The translations under genes were made by a program, and so were the position numbers. Shown here one piece after another: positions 1 to 10,063 of a stretch of DNA of 64,000 nt. The stretch is from an uncultured Clostridia bacterium (GTDB lineage Bacteria > Bacillota > Clostridia > Oscillospirales > Acutalibacteraceae), in the NCBI GenBank assembly GCA_937916195.1, contig CALFTO010000008.1:4906-68905 (forward strand). Direction: 5' to 3'. Every line of letters starts with the position of its first letter. The first letter of the stretch is position 1. Under the pieces are notes generated by a model. The model worked only from the letters and a program-made list of their open reading frames with translations. It was not told the DNA's origin and ran no database searches.

Positions 1-936
1 AATGTAAGCGTTTGTGCAATTGAGGGCAACTTTGACGATGCACAGTCAGGTGTTAAGAAAATCTTTACCGATAAAGATATCGAAAAGAAGTTTAAGGAAA
101 ACGGACTTGCGTTTTCATCAGCTAACTCAATCAACTGGGGTCGTCTTGTTCCGCAGATTGTTTATTATGTATCTGCTTATTGCGATATGCTCGCAAACGG
201 TGAGCTTAAAATCGGTGAGCCTATGAATGTTGTAGTTCCAACAGGTAACTTTGGTAACATTCTTGCAGCTTATTATGCAAAGAGAATGGGTGTACCCGTA
301 AAAACTCTTATTTGTGCTTCAAATGCAAATAATGTTCTTACAGACTTCCTCACAACAGGCACATACGACAAAAATCGTGATTTCTATTGCACAACTTCAC
401 CATCAATGGATATTTTGATTTCAAGTAACCTTGAAAGACTTCTTTTCCACCTTTGCGGTGAGAATGATGTTCAGGTTGCAGAGTGGATGAATTCTCTTGC
501 AAACGATGGTAAATATACAGTTTCAGCAGAAGTTGCAGACGAGGTTAAGAGCCTTTTTGCCGCAGGTTGCTGTGACGATGCCGAAACAAAGGCAACTATC
601 GGCAAGGTTTTTGCTGAAAAGAATTATCTTTGCGATACTCACACAGCAGTTGCAGTTAAGGTTTATGACGATTACAAGGCATCAACAGGGGATAACACTC
701 CCACAGTAATCGCTTCAACTGCTAACCCTTACAAATTTTCTGCAAGCGTGCTTTCAGCAATTACTGACGAAATCAAAGCAGATAACGAATTTGATATGGT
801 AGAAGAGCTTTTTGAAAAGTCAAATGAGCCCGTACCATCACAGCTCGCAACTCTTAAAGGCAAAACACCTCGTTTTACAAATGTGGCTAAAAAAGAGGAT
901 ATGAAACAAGTTGTTTTTGATATGTTAGGAATCTAA
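1..936 (+). CDS. thrC: threonine synthase, C-terminal 311 codons (5' end outside window)
   Basis: Frame 1 is open from nt 1 (NVSVCAIEGNFDDAQ...SANSINWGRLVPQIVYY...VVPTGNFGNILAAYYAKRMG), typical ThrC PLP-enzyme pattern. Stop at 934-936, followed by a hairpin terminator. Confidence 0.85.
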   Translation, partial: NVSVCAIEGNFDDAQSGVKKIFTDKDIEKKFKENGLAFSSANSINWGRLVPQIVYYVSAYCDMLANGELKIGEPMNVVVPTGNFGNILAAYYAKRMGVPVKTLICASNANNVLTDFLTTGTYDKNRDFYCTTSPSMDILISSNLERLLFHLCGENDVQVAEWMNSLANDGKYTVSAEVADEVKSLFAAGCCDDAETKATIGKVFAEKNYLCDTHTAVAVKVYDDYKASTGDNTPTVIASTANPYKFSASVLSAITDEIKADNEFDMVEELFEKSNEPVPSQLATLKGKTPRFTNVAKKEDMKQVVFDMLGI

Positions 937-951
937 CCTTATAAAACTTAT

Positions 952-990
952 GCGGAACCCCAACAGCTTGTTTTCGGGATTCCGCATTTT
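952..990. terminator. hairpin terminator between convergent thrC and the small DUF1540 gene
   Basis: GCGGAACCC (952-960) pairs with GGGATTCCGC (976-985, one bulge), followed by ATTTTTA. Confidence 0.6.
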
Positions 991-996
991 TAATTG

Positions 997-1158
997 CTAT
1001 TTGTTTTCAGCCTTCATTTTAAATGTTGCACATCTTGTGTCGTCACAACAGCAAGCGTTCTGTGTGCCTACCTTAATTCCGTCTGCGGTGCAGTTCATAT
1101 GGCCGTCATTGTAAGTGCAATGATATGCGTCGCAGGTAATATTTCTGTTCTTATCCAT
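997..1158 (-). CDS. small Cys-rich DUF1540-type protein (53 aa)
   Basis: Below the ORF-track length cutoff. ATG at 1158, stop at 997-999, AAAGGAGG 8 nt upstream. Translation: MDKNRNITCDAYHCTYNDGHMNCTADGIKVGTQNACCCDDTRCATFKMKAENK, which fits the C-x-x-x-x-C-x-Y...C-x-A-x-x-I-x-V pattern of DUF1540. Confidence 0.7.
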   Translation of the reverse strand: MDKNRNITCDAYHCTYNDGHMNCTADGIKVGTQNACCCDDTRCATFKMKAENK

Positions 1159-1226
1159 CTCGTTAACCTCCTTTCAGATATATTTTTTGAAAGAAAAACT
1201 TGATTATTCATAGGAGATTTTACTTT

Positions 1227-1919
1227 ATGTCTGTTTACGCAATCGGTGATACTCATCTTTCCTTTTCTGTTGATAAACCAATGGATATTTTCAAAGGTTG
1301 GGATGATTATGCTCTTCGCCTTGAAAACAATTGGCAAAGACTTGTTTCACCCGAAGATACAGTTATAATAAATGGTGATATTTCCTGGGCAATGAGCCTT
1401 GAGGAAGCAGAAAAGGATTTTGAATTTTTAAACAGACTTAACGGTACAAAAATTATCTCAAAGGGTAATCATGATTATTGGTGGAATACTGTAACAAAAA
1501 TGGAAAAGTTTTTTAAAGAAAAAGGCTTTGATACTTTGAAAATTCTTCATAATAACGCTTATAGAGTTGGCAATATCTCAATTGCAGGTTCTCGCGGTTG
1601 GTTCTTTGATGCAGAAAAAGAAAATGTTGATAAAATTATGGCTCGCGAGTGCGCCCGTCTTCAGCGTTCAATTGACGAGGCTAAAAAGCTCGGCGGTGAA
1701 ACAGTGGTTTTTCTTCACTATCCGCCAGTAAGTCTTACAAAAGATTGTGACCCGATTTTTGATGTGATTAAGAAAAACGAAATAAGCCGTTGCTATTATG
1801 GTCACCTTCACGGCGGTGCTACAAAGCTTGCCGTTAACGGCGAAAAAAATGGTGTGAATTTTCGACTTATTTCTGCCGATTACCTTGAATTTTGTCCGTT
1901 CCTTATCAGTTTAGACTGA
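1227..1919 (+). CDS. metallophosphoesterase (calcineurin-like phosphoesterase family)
   Basis: MSVYAIGDTHLSF...INGDISW...KGNHDYWW...FLHYPP...YGHLHG metal-ligand motifs. AGGAGA RBS lies before ATG 1227; the track ORF starts at an upstream TTG at 1200. Confidence 0.8.
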   Translation: MSVYAIGDTHLSFSVDKPMDIFKGWDDYALRLENNWQRLVSPEDTVIINGDISWAMSLEEAEKDFEFLNRLNGTKIISKGNHDYWWNTVTKMEKFFKEKGFDTLKILHNNAYRVGNISIAGSRGWFFDAEKENVDKIMARECARLQRSIDEAKKLGGETVVFLHYPPVSLTKDCDPIFDVIKKNEISRCYYGHLHGGATKLAVNGEKNGVNFRLISADYLEFCPFLISLD

Positions 1920-1978
1920 TTTTGCGTCAAAATACCTCGGTTTTTCTTAAATGTTAAAGAAAAAACTTAAGGAAAATA

Positions 1979-2007
1979 TTGTATTTAATTTTTTTCTGTG
2001 ATATAAT
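1979..2007 (+). promoter_or_regulatory. sigma-A-type promoter for tig
   Basis: -35 TTGTAT (1979-1984), 17-bp spacer, extended -10 TGaTATAAT (TATAAT at 2002-2007). Confidence 0.45.
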
Positions 2008-2066
2008 ATCGTGAATATTGCGGTATAGCAAATAAGTACAACAATAGTATTCAGGAGGAATATTAA

Positions 2067-3473
2067 ATGTTAAAATCATCAAACAAGGTAGAAACAAATG
2101 TCTACCAGCTTGAAATCTCAATTGACGGTGAAAAGTTTGAGGCTGCTGTTCAGAAAGCTTACCTCAAGCAGAGAAAAGATATCGTCATCAAGGGTTTCAG
2201 AAAGGGTAAAGCACCCAGAAACTTTATTGAAAGAATTTACGGCGAAGGCGTTTTCTATGAAGATGCTCTCGAAATCCTTTATCCCGAGGTAGTAAGTGAA
2301 GCAATCACAGAGTCAGGTCTTGACGTTGTTGGTATGCCTTTTGACCTCGATGTTCCCGAAATCGGCAAAAACGGTGTTGAGCTTGTTCTCAAGGTTACAG
2401 TTAAGCCTGAAGCAAAGCTTGGCGAGTACAAGGGACTTAAGGCTACAAAGCCCTCAACTAAGGTTTCAGCTGACGAAGTAAAGACAGAACTTGCAAGAAT
2501 GCAGGAGCAGAACTCAAGAATGGTTGACGCAAGTGACCGTGCAGTTAAGAACGGCGATACAACAGTTATCGACTTTGAAGGTTTTGTTAACGGCGTTGCA
2601 TTTGACGGCGGTAAGGCTGAAAAATATGAGCTTGTTATCGGTAGCGGTTCATTCATTCCCGGCTTTGAAGACCAGATTATCGGCCACAAGGTTGACGAGG
2701 AATTCGATGTAAATGTTACTTTCCCTGCAGAATATCAAGAAAACCTTGCTTCTAAAGATGCTGTTTTCAAGATTAAGCTTCACGAAATCAGAGTTAAAGA
2801 GCTTCCCGCACTTGATGATGACTTCGCAAAGGATGTAAGTGAATTCGATACACTTGACGAGCTTAAAAAGAGCGTTAAGGCTCAGCTTGAAGAACACAAA
2901 AAGGCTGACGCTGACAATAAGGTAACTAACGACCTTCTTGAAGAAGTAGTTAAGGGCGTAGAAGTTGAAATCCCCGAGGTTATGGTTGAAGAAGCAATCG
3001 ACAACATCGTTAATGATTTCAATTACAGACTTCAAGCTCAGGGCTTAAACCTTGACACATACCTTATGTACACAGGTATGGAAATGAAGGCATTCAGAGA
3101 CGGTTATAAAGAAAATGCAGAATCTCAGGTGAAACTCTCTCTTGCTCTTGAAGCAATTATCAAGGCAGAGGGTATTGAAGCTACTGAAGATGAGCTCAAT
3201 GAAGAATATGAGAAGCTTGCAAAGACATACAATATGGATGTTGAGCAGATTAAGAAGGCTATCGGTGCTGATGCACTTTCTGGCGACATCAAGTCAAGAA
3301 AAGCAATTGAGCTTGTTAAGGCTAACGCAGTTGTAACAGAAGAAAAGAAGACAGCAGCTAAAAAGCCTGCTGCAAAGAAAAAGGCAGATGCTGAGGGCGA
3401 AGAGCCCGCAGAAAAGCCTGCAAAGAAGCCCGCAGCCAAGAAAACAACAAAGAAAAAGGCTGACGAGGAATAA
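2067..3473 (+). CDS. tig: trigger factor with Lys/Ala-rich C-terminal tail
   Basis: 468 aa, FKBP-type PPIase core (GDTTVIDFEGFVNGVAFDGGKAE...FIPGFEDQIIGHKVDEE). Gene order tig-clpP-clpX. Confidence 0.95.
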   Translation: MLKSSNKVETNVYQLEISIDGEKFEAAVQKAYLKQRKDIVIKGFRKGKAPRNFIERIYGEGVFYEDALEILYPEVVSEAITESGLDVVGMPFDLDVPEIGKNGVELVLKVTVKPEAKLGEYKGLKATKPSTKVSADEVKTELARMQEQNSRMVDASDRAVKNGDTTVIDFEGFVNGVAFDGGKAEKYELVIGSGSFIPGFEDQIIGHKVDEEFDVNVTFPAEYQENLASKDAVFKIKLHEIRVKELPALDDDFAKDVSEFDTLDELKKSVKAQLEEHKKADADNKVTNDLLEEVVKGVEVEIPEVMVEEAIDNIVNDFNYRLQAQGLNLDTYLMYTGMEMKAFRDGYKENAESQVKLSLALEAIIKAEGIEATEDELNEEYEKLAKTYNMDVEQIKKAIGADALSGDIKSRKAIELVKANAVVTEEKKTAAKKPAAKKKADAEGEEPAEKPAKKPAAKKTTKKKADEE

Positions 3474-3570
3474 TTATCAGTAAATAATTATATGTATAAG
3501 CGTTGAAGAATTGTCCAATAATCAAAGGGCGATTCTTTAATGCTTTTAAGGATTTTAAGGAGGTTATATT

Positions 3571-4152
3571 ATGGCACTTGTTCCATATGTTGTTGAACAG
3601 ACAAACAGAGGGGAAAGACAGTACGATATTTTCTCAAGACTTTTAAATGACAGAATTATCGTTTTGTCAGATGAGGTTAATGACGCAACAGCTTCTCTTG
3701 TAGTAGCACAGTTGCTTTATCTTGAAGGACAGGACAGCGAAAAAGACATAAGCCTTTATATCAACAGCCCCGGCGGCTCAGTTTCAGCAGGCCTTGCAAT
3801 TTACGATACAATGCAGTACATCAAATGTGATGTTTCAACTATTTGTATGGGTATGGCGGCAAGTATGGGCGCATTTTTGTTATCCTCCGGTGCAAAGGGC
3901 AAAAGATATGCTCTTCCAAATAGCGAAATTATGATTCACCAGCCTCTTGGCGGTGCTCAGGGTCAGGCATCTGACATTAAAATTGCGGCTGAGCATATTC
4001 TTCGCACAAGAGAAAAGCTTAACAAAATCCTTGCTGAAAATACAGGTAAGCCTATTGAACAGATTGCTCTTGATACAGAGCGCGATAATTGGCTTTCAGC
4101 ACAGGAAGCAATGGATTACGGCATTGTTGATAAAGTGTTTTATAAAAGATAA
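3571..4152 (+). CDS. clpP: ATP-dependent Clp protease proteolytic subunit
   Basis: [20 protein letters not shown]...[11 protein letters not shown]...IMIHQPLGG (Ser-His-Asp ClpP signature). GGAGG RBS. Confidence 0.97.
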   Translation: MALVPYVVEQTNRGERQYDIFSRLLNDRIIVLSDEVNDATASLVVAQLLYLEGQDSEKDISLYINSPGGSVSAGLAIYDTMQYIKCDVSTICMGMAASMGAFLLSSGAKGKRYALPNSEIMIHQPLGGAQGQASDIKIAAEHILRTREKLNKILAENTGKPIEQIALDTERDNWLSAQEAMDYGIVDKVFYKR

Positions 4153-4163
4153 GGAGACTCCTT

Positions 4164-5477
4164 ATGGCAAGAGATAACGATAAAGAGAGAACCGTTCGAT
4201 GCTCCTTTTGCGGTAAAACTCAAGAGCAGGTAGATAAGCTTATTGCCGGTCCCGGTGTTTATATCTGTGACGAGTGTATTGAACTTTGTATGGGCATTAT
4301 TGATGAGAATGCAGATATGTCCCGCAAGCGTTCAGGCAAAAAGGTTAAGCTTGAAGAAAAGGTTCTTCCAAAGCCACAAGAAATCAAAGCGGCTCTTGAT
4401 GAGTATGTGGTAGGGCAGGAAGCAGCTAAAAAAGCTTTAAGCGTTGCGGTTTATAACCATTACAAGAGAATATATCACGGCTTTGAAAGTGATGTTGAAA
4501 TTCAAAAGAGTAATGTTGTTCTTTTGGGCCCTACAGGTGTGGGTAAAACCGTTCTTGCACAAACCCTTGCTAAAATCATTGATGTGCCTTTTGCTATTGC
4601 AGATGCTACAACTCTTACTGAGGCAGGCTATGTTGGTGAAGATGTTGAAAATATTCTCTTGAAGCTTATTCAAGCGGCAGACTACGACATTGAAAAGGCA
4701 GAGCGCGGTATTATTTATGTTGATGAAATCGACAAAATTGCCCGCAAGAGCGAAAATCCATCAATTACTCGTGACGTAAGTGGTGAGGGTGTTCAGCAGG
4801 CACTTCTCAAAATTCTTGAGGGTACAGTTTCAAATGTTCCTCCGCAGGGTGGCAGAAAGCATCCTCAGCAGGAATTTATACAGATTGACACATCAAATAT
4901 TCTTTTTATTTGCGGTGGTGCATTCGACGGCATTGAAAAAATAGTCGAAAAGCGTGCAGGTAATTCCGGCCTTGGTTTCGGTGTGGAAATTAAGAATAAA
5001 ACAGAATTTGAGAATGAAGATATCTATTCAAAGGTTATCGCGCAAGATTTGGTTAAGTTCGGTCTTATTCCCGAACTTGTTGGTCGTGTGCCCGTTATAA
5101 CAGCACTTCAACAGCTTTCAAAAGAGGATTTAATACGAATTCTTTCAGAGCCAAAAAACGCACTTCTCAAGCAGTTTAAGGCATTGTTTACAATGGATGA
5201 TGTTGAGCTTGAGTTTACTGACGACGCACTTGTTGCTATTGCAGAAAAAACTCTTGAAAAGAAAACAGGTGCTCGCGGTCTTCGCGGTATTATGGAGAGT
5301 GTTCTCACAGGCGTTATGTATGAAACTCCCTCCGACCACACAATTTCTAAGGTTATTATTACCAAAGATTGCGTAACCGATGGCGCAGAGCCTGAAATTC
5401 TTCGCGATGCAAACAGAAAGCCCAATATTTTAACTTCCAAAAATATCGGCAAAGCTTCAACTAAAAAAGCAATATAA
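4164..5477 (+). CDS. clpX: ATP-dependent Clp protease ATP-binding subunit ClpX
   Basis: N-terminal zinc ribbon CSFCGK...CDEC, Walker A GPTGVGKT, Walker [10 protein letters not shown]. Confidence 0.97.
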   Translation: MARDNDKERTVRCSFCGKTQEQVDKLIAGPGVYICDECIELCMGIIDENADMSRKRSGKKVKLEEKVLPKPQEIKAALDEYVVGQEAAKKALSVAVYNHYKRIYHGFESDVEIQKSNVVLLGPTGVGKTVLAQTLAKIIDVPFAIADATTLTEAGYVGEDVENILLKLIQAADYDIEKAERGIIYVDEIDKIARKSENPSITRDVSGEGVQQALLKILEGTVSNVPPQGGRKHPQQEFIQIDTSNILFICGGAFDGIEKIVEKRAGNSGLGFGVEIKNKTEFENEDIYSKVIAQDLVKFGLIPELVGRVPVITALQQLSKEDLIRILSEPKNALLKQFKALFTMDDVELEFTDDALVAIAEKTLEKKTGARGLRGIMESVLTGVMYETPSDHTISKVIITKDCVTDGAEPEILRDANRKPNILTSKNIGKASTKKAI

Positions 5478-5482
5478 TTCTT

Positions 5483-5505
5483 AAGCCACAGTTTTTGCTG
5501 TGGCT
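5483..5505 (+). terminator. hairpin after clpX
   Basis: AAGCCACAG-TTTTT-CTGTGGCTT perfect 9-bp stem with no strong T-run. Confidence 0.5.
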
Positions 5506-5531
5506 TCTAATCTATCTGTCGGGTGACAAAA

Positions 5532-6431
5532 ATGAATACTAAAAAAATCAAATCAACAATTCTTCTCTTTTTAACAGCAATTATATGGGGTTTTGCCTTT
5601 GTGGCGCAAAGAGTTGGCGCAGAATTTGTGGGTGCATTCACATTTAACGGTATCCGCTTTCTGCTCGGTACAATTTCACTTGTTCCCGTAATATTGATTT
5701 TTGAAAAAGAGAAATTCAATAAAGAAAAATTTAAGAAAACTCTTTTTTCGGGACTTTTAGCAGGAGTTGTCCTTTTCATTGCCTCAACACTTCAGCAGTT
5801 TGGTGTTGAAATTACGGGCAGTGCAGGCAAAGCGGGCTTTTTAACGGGTCTTTACATAGTTTTAGTGCCACTTATCCGTTTCGTAATGGGTAAAAAAACA
5901 AGCATTCTCACATTTTTTGGCGCTGTTTTCGCCGTTATCGGTCTATTCTTCTTGTGTATGACGGGCGACGAAATATCATTTGGAATAGGCGATGTAGTGC
6001 TTATTATCGGTGCATTTTTCTGGGCAGGGCATATTCTTGTTGTGGATAAGTTTGTAAACGACGTAAGCCCGCTGAAATTCAGTATGACACAGTTCTTTGT
6101 CTGCGGATTTTTAAGTATTATTTTCGCTTTGTTTACCGAAGAAATAGAATTATCTGCAATTCAAAGAGCGGGAATTCCAATCCTCTATGGCGGTTTAATG
6201 TCTGTTGGTGTGGCTTATACCTGTCAAATACTTGGACAAAAAGATGCAGACCCCACATTTGCCTCAATTGTATTTTCAACTGAATCAGTTTTCAGTGCAA
6301 TCGGCGGGGCAATAATCCTTCACGAAATTATGAGCGGCAGGGGATATCTCGGTTGTGTTTTGATTTTTATTGGAATTATTCTTTCTCAATTGGATATACC
6401 AACAATCAAGCAGAAAATTTGTGAAAAATGA
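5532..6431 (+). CDS. DMT-superfamily (EamA-type) transporter
   Basis: Ten-TM-like hydrophobic profile with two EamA-like halves (LLFLTAIIWGFAFVAQR...). An alternative GTG start lies at 5523. Confidence 0.85.
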   Translation: MNTKKIKSTILLFLTAIIWGFAFVAQRVGAEFVGAFTFNGIRFLLGTISLVPVILIFEKEKFNKEKFKKTLFSGLLAGVVLFIASTLQQFGVEITGSAGKAGFLTGLYIVLVPLIRFVMGKKTSILTFFGAVFAVIGLFFLCMTGDEISFGIGDVVLIIGAFFWAGHILVVDKFVNDVSPLKFSMTQFFVCGFLSIIFALFTEEIELSAIQRAGIPILYGGLMSVGVAYTCQILGQKDADPTFASIVFSTESVFSAIGGAIILHEIMSGRGYLGCVLIFIGIILSQLDIPTIKQKICEK

Positions 6432-6473
6432 CGAAGCAATTATGACACATTTATTACATTTGAGTGCGAATTA

Positions 6474-6502
6474 TTGACAAAAGTCGCTGGTTTAAGTACA
6501 AT
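6474..6502 (+). promoter_or_regulatory. sigma-A-type promoter for the sugar transferase gene
   Basis: -35 TTGACA (6474-6479), 17-bp spacer, -10 TACAAT (6497-6502). Confidence 0.45.
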
Positions 6503-6547
6503 AACCGCATAAAATAATAATGTACTGTAGTCTTTTCGGAGGCAGAC

Positions 6548-7921
6548 ATGGATATATTGTCAAAGTTTCAAAAATCTGTTGTTTTTCTCATAAAAGCAAC
6601 AATGTATGTGTGCTTAATAGGAACATTTTTTTTAGTGTTCAGTACTGAATTTGCGTGGCTTTTGCGTCCTTCAAGAACCACGGCGGTTACTTTTGTGACC
6701 TTCTGCGTGGTTGAAGCGTTGCTCGTTGCAATTTACGGCGGGTTCACAATAGGTAAGGTGAAGAGTAAACCCATTGTTATGCAAATCTCAATTGCCACTA
6801 TAATAACCGATTTTGTTACTCATATGCAGCTTTGCATTATGAACGTTAACGAAAACCTCAATTCGCATTTCATTTATGAATCACCCCACTTGCTTATACT
6901 TGTAATGTGTATTCAAGTTTCGCTGGTTATACTTTTCACATATCTCGGCCATTATGTTTATTTTTCAATTAATCCCCCTGAGAAATGTTGTATAATCACA
7001 AGCTCTGAAGATTCACTTAATAACATTGTTCCTAAAGTAAAAAGATATAAAAAACAGTATAAAATTGTTCATATGATTCATTATACATCAAAGAAATTAT
7101 TTGATATTATCAATGAATGCGATACAATTTTTATCTACGATGTTCCCGCACAGGAAAAATCCTTTATCACCGAATACTGTTATGCTAAGAGTAAAAATAT
7201 CTATTTCAATTTTGAAATGGATGATGTGGTAATGCTTGGCGCAAGAACTGCAATGCTTGACGATAAGCCAATGGTGTCTGCAGTTGTGCGTGAACTTACC
7301 TTTGAGCAGAGATTTGTAAAAAGATTAATGGATATTTTGATTTCCTTGGTTGGTCTTATAATCTGCGGTATTCCTATGCTTATATGTGCTATTCTTATTA
7401 AGGCAGAAGACGGCGGTCATGTTTTCTTCAGGCAAGTACGTGCAACAAAGGGCGGTAAGCTTTTTAAGGTATATAAGTTCCGCACAATGAAAGAGGCTGA
7501 CAGCGTAAACCGTTCAGTAACTTCAGATGATGACCGAATTACAAAGATAGGTAAATATTTAAGAAAATTCCGTATTGACGAGCTTCCACAGCTTATTAAC
7601 ATTTTAAAGGGTGAAATGAGTGTTGTAGGTCCTCGTCCCGAAATGATTGAAAATGTTGATAAATACACCGAAGAACTTCCCGAATTCAAATATCGTCTTC
7701 GTGTTAAGGGTGGACTTACCGGATATGCACAGATTGCAGGTAAATATAACACTTCACCAAAGGACAAGCTTGTTCTTGATTTGATGTATATTGAAAAGTA
7801 TAGCTTGTGGCTTGATTTTAAATTGATTATGCAAACTGTTACAGTATTCTTAAGAGCAAGCGACAGTACAAAAGCATTCGGCAAAAAAGAAAATAAATAT
7901 CATTTCACACAAAATGATTAA
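6548..7921 (+). CDS. polyprenyl-phosphate glycosyl-1-phosphate transferase (WbaP/CpsE-type bacterial sugar transferase)
   Basis: N-terminal TM bundle plus C-terminal catalytic domain (KRLMDILISLVGL...FKVYKFRTM...DELPQLINILKGEMSVVGPRP...GLTGYAQI). Confidence 0.9.
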   Translation: MDILSKFQKSVVFLIKATMYVCLIGTFFLVFSTEFAWLLRPSRTTAVTFVTFCVVEALLVAIYGGFTIGKVKSKPIVMQISIATIITDFVTHMQLCIMNVNENLNSHFIYESPHLLILVMCIQVSLVILFTYLGHYVYFSINPPEKCCIITSSEDSLNNIVPKVKRYKKQYKIVHMIHYTSKKLFDIINECDTIFIYDVPAQEKSFITEYCYAKSKNIYFNFEMDDVVMLGARTAMLDDKPMVSAVVRELTFEQRFVKRLMDILISLVGLIICGIPMLICAILIKAEDGGHVFFRQVRATKGGKLFKVYKFRTMKEADSVNRSVTSDDDRITKIGKYLRKFRIDELPQLINILKGEMSVVGPRPEMIENVDKYTEELPEFKYRLRVKGGLTGYAQIAGKYNTSPKDKLVLDLMYIEKYSLWLDFKLIMQTVTVFLRASDSTKAFGKKENKYHFTQND

Positions 7922-7924
7922 ACC

Positions 7925-7957
7925 AAATCCCGTAAGAAAAAACTTACGGGATTTTTT
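7925..7957 (+). terminator. rho-independent terminator
   Basis: AAATCCCGTAAG-loop-CTTACGGGATTT followed by TTTT. Confidence 0.7.
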
Positions 7958-8036
7958 ATTAAATAAGCTTTTTAACTGTTGTTTATAAATGTTATTTGTG
8001 ATATACTAACTCTATATATCTGTTTTTGGTGTTGTT

Positions 8037-8885
8037 ATGAGCAAAAATAAAAATCTTTTTGAAAAGAATTCCCGAAATAAAGGAACTTTAAAATATTTTA
8101 TAATAGCTTTTGGTGCGTTTGTATTAATTCTCGGCTTGGCATCAGTGTTTCTTTTTATGTATTCAATTGATTTTGAATTCAATAATTTTGTTGATAAACC
8201 CGAAGAAGAAACTACCGAACTTGCTGAAACCACAACTGAGCTAACATACTCCGTTAATTCTCTTAAAGGAAAATCAACGGTACTTTTTGTGTGTGCAGAC
8301 AGCAAAGAAGAATTCGATTTCGCATTTACTGTTGAGTGCGATTTTGATAATAAATCCATGAATGTCAAGTGCGTTGATGCAAAAACAAAAGTTGCCATAA
8401 ACGGTAGTTCGTCAACTTGCGGTGAGGTTTATAAGAATAATTCTATTATAGAGTTGAAATCTGCATTTAAAGAAAGCTTCAAAATTGATGTAGATAAATA
8501 TTTTGTTTGTGACCGTGCAGGTGCAAAAGAAATCCTTTCATTATTTGACGGAATTACCATAAATGTAGCCGAAAATATTGATTATAATGCAAATGGCATA
8601 AATCTTGAGCTTAACAAAGGTAAACAGACTGTTTCGGGTGCATATGCGTTAAATTATCTGATAATCAGCAATAATATAATTCGTGAGCAGATTGTTAGCG
8701 ACATTATAAAATCCGTTTTAATTCCTCAATATACCGACAATTCACAAAGCTTGTTTACTGATTTTGTAAATGCAGGTGAAACTGATATTTCGGTCATCGA
8801 CTATTCTGAAAGCATTGAAAATCTTAAAATCTATGCAAATGCAGAAGATAAATTTTTGCCTGTGACAAGTACTGAAGGGGAATAG
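8037..8885 (+). CDS. LytR-CpsA-Psr (LCP)-like membrane-anchored protein, divergent
   Basis: N-terminal TM, then an LCP-like pattern (STVLFVCADS...VDKYFVCDRAGAKEILSLFDGITINV...GKQTVSGAYALNYL). The conserved Arg/Asp positions look poorly conserved. Confidence 0.5.
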   Translation: MSKNKNLFEKNSRNKGTLKYFIIAFGAFVLILGLASVFLFMYSIDFEFNNFVDKPEEETTELAETTTELTYSVNSLKGKSTVLFVCADSKEEFDFAFTVECDFDNKSMNVKCVDAKTKVAINGSSSTCGEVYKNNSIIELKSAFKESFKIDVDKYFVCDRAGAKEILSLFDGITINVAENIDYNANGINLELNKGKQTVSGAYALNYLIISNNIIREQIVSDIIKSVLIPQYTDNSQSLFTDFVNAGETDISVIDYSESIENLKIYANAEDKFLPVTSTEGE

Positions 8886-8886
8886 T

Positions 8887-10059
8887 ATGAAAAGAAAAGT
8901 TTCTGTGATTATTTCAATTCTCTTTGCAGTATTTGTAATTTTTGGTGGTGTATTTGTTGCCAATTTTGAGGATTTCATTGATTGGAAACAAATTAATGAC
9001 GACCGAATTACTGAACAAGAGCAAATTGATTTTGAAAGCCGGTTAAATACCAAAACATTTTATTATTATAACAATTTGAGTAGTGAGCAACAGCAGGCTT
9101 ACATAATGATTTATTCAATGTTCAGTAATTTTACTAATTCCCGTCGCCTTGAAGTTACCGAAGATGAACTTAAGGAACTTTTCGTAGCGGTGCTTTATGA
9201 TAATTCTGAATTCTTTTGGGTTGATGTCAATTATACTTTCGTTGATTACGGAACATCAATTGAATTTTCGCCAAAATACAGATTTGATAGTCCAACCGCA
9301 GAAAAGATGAGTGAAACTCTTTACGAAAAAATTAATGAAATAGTCAAAGGCGCTGAAAATCTTGCGACTGATTATGAAAAAGAACTCTATTTTCACGATT
9401 GTGTTTGTGATTTAACCGTTTATAATGAAGAAACTTTCGGTGAAATGGGCGATACCGCTTATAGTGCCCTGATTGATGGCGAAGCTATTTGCGAGGGCTA
9501 TTCCCGCGCAATGCAATTGCTTCTTGACAAAGTGGGAATTTCAAACTATCTTGTAGTCGGTGATGGAGTTAATGAAGATGGCACAGAGGCTCATATGTGG
9601 AATATCGTTAAAATCGACGGTAAAAACTACCACCTTGATGCTACTTGGAATGACACCGGCGCAGAAAACAATATAGGTTATTTATATTTTAATGTGAATG
9701 ATGAATTTATTTCACGTGACCATATAAATCTTGTGCCTGAGAATAACAATTGCGATAGTATGGAAGCAAATTATTTTGTAGTTAACAATTTATATGTAGA
9801 AAGCTTTAAAAACTACGATGAATTAGTTTCTCCTGTAGCAATAGAGCTTCAAAAAGGTGACAATATAGTCGAAATTCTTTTTGCAAATGAAACCCAGTTA
9901 GCCAAGGCAATGAAAACCCTTGAAAATAATAATTATGCGTTCTTTGACTTTGTAGGTGATGCCGTTAAAAAGAGTGGCAAAGATTTGCAAAAGAACGAAA
10001 TAGAATACTATACAATTGATGAGTGTAATTATTTATGTTTAATATTTAAAGAAGGTTGA
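8887..10059 (+). CDS. transglutaminase-like (papain-fold) domain protein, N-terminally anchored
   Basis: Cys-His-Asp core: [20 protein letters not shown]...[24 protein letters not shown]-terminal TM segment. Confidence 0.75.
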   Translation: MKRKVSVIISILFAVFVIFGGVFVANFEDFIDWKQINDDRITEQEQIDFESRLNTKTFYYYNNLSSEQQQAYIMIYSMFSNFTNSRRLEVTEDELKELFVAVLYDNSEFFWVDVNYTFVDYGTSIEFSPKYRFDSPTAEKMSETLYEKINEIVKGAENLATDYEKELYFHDCVCDLTVYNEETFGEMGDTAYSALIDGEAICEGYSRAMQLLLDKVGISNYLVVGDGVNEDGTEAHMWNIVKIDGKNYHLDATWNDTGAENNIGYLYFNVNDEFISRDHINLVPENNNCDSMEANYFVVNNLYVESFKNYDELVSPVAIELQKGDNIVEILFANETQLAKAMKTLENNNYAFFDFVGDAVKKSGKDLQKNEIEYYTIDECNYLCLIFKEG

Positions 10060-10063
10060 TAAA

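Noticed and set aside
994-1337. Track ORFs 994-1203 (+, 69 aa) and 1095-1337 (-, 80 aa).
   Set aside because: Neither has an RBS or a recognisable motif. The region is better explained by the 53-codon DUF1540-type gene (997-1158, minus) and the start of the metallophosphoesterase gene (1227).
3490-3545. Possible terminator hairpin between tig and clpP (AAGAATTGTCC...GGGCGATTCTT).
   Set aside because: The stem has two mismatches and no U-tract. At most it is a weak attenuator, so I did not list it as a feature.
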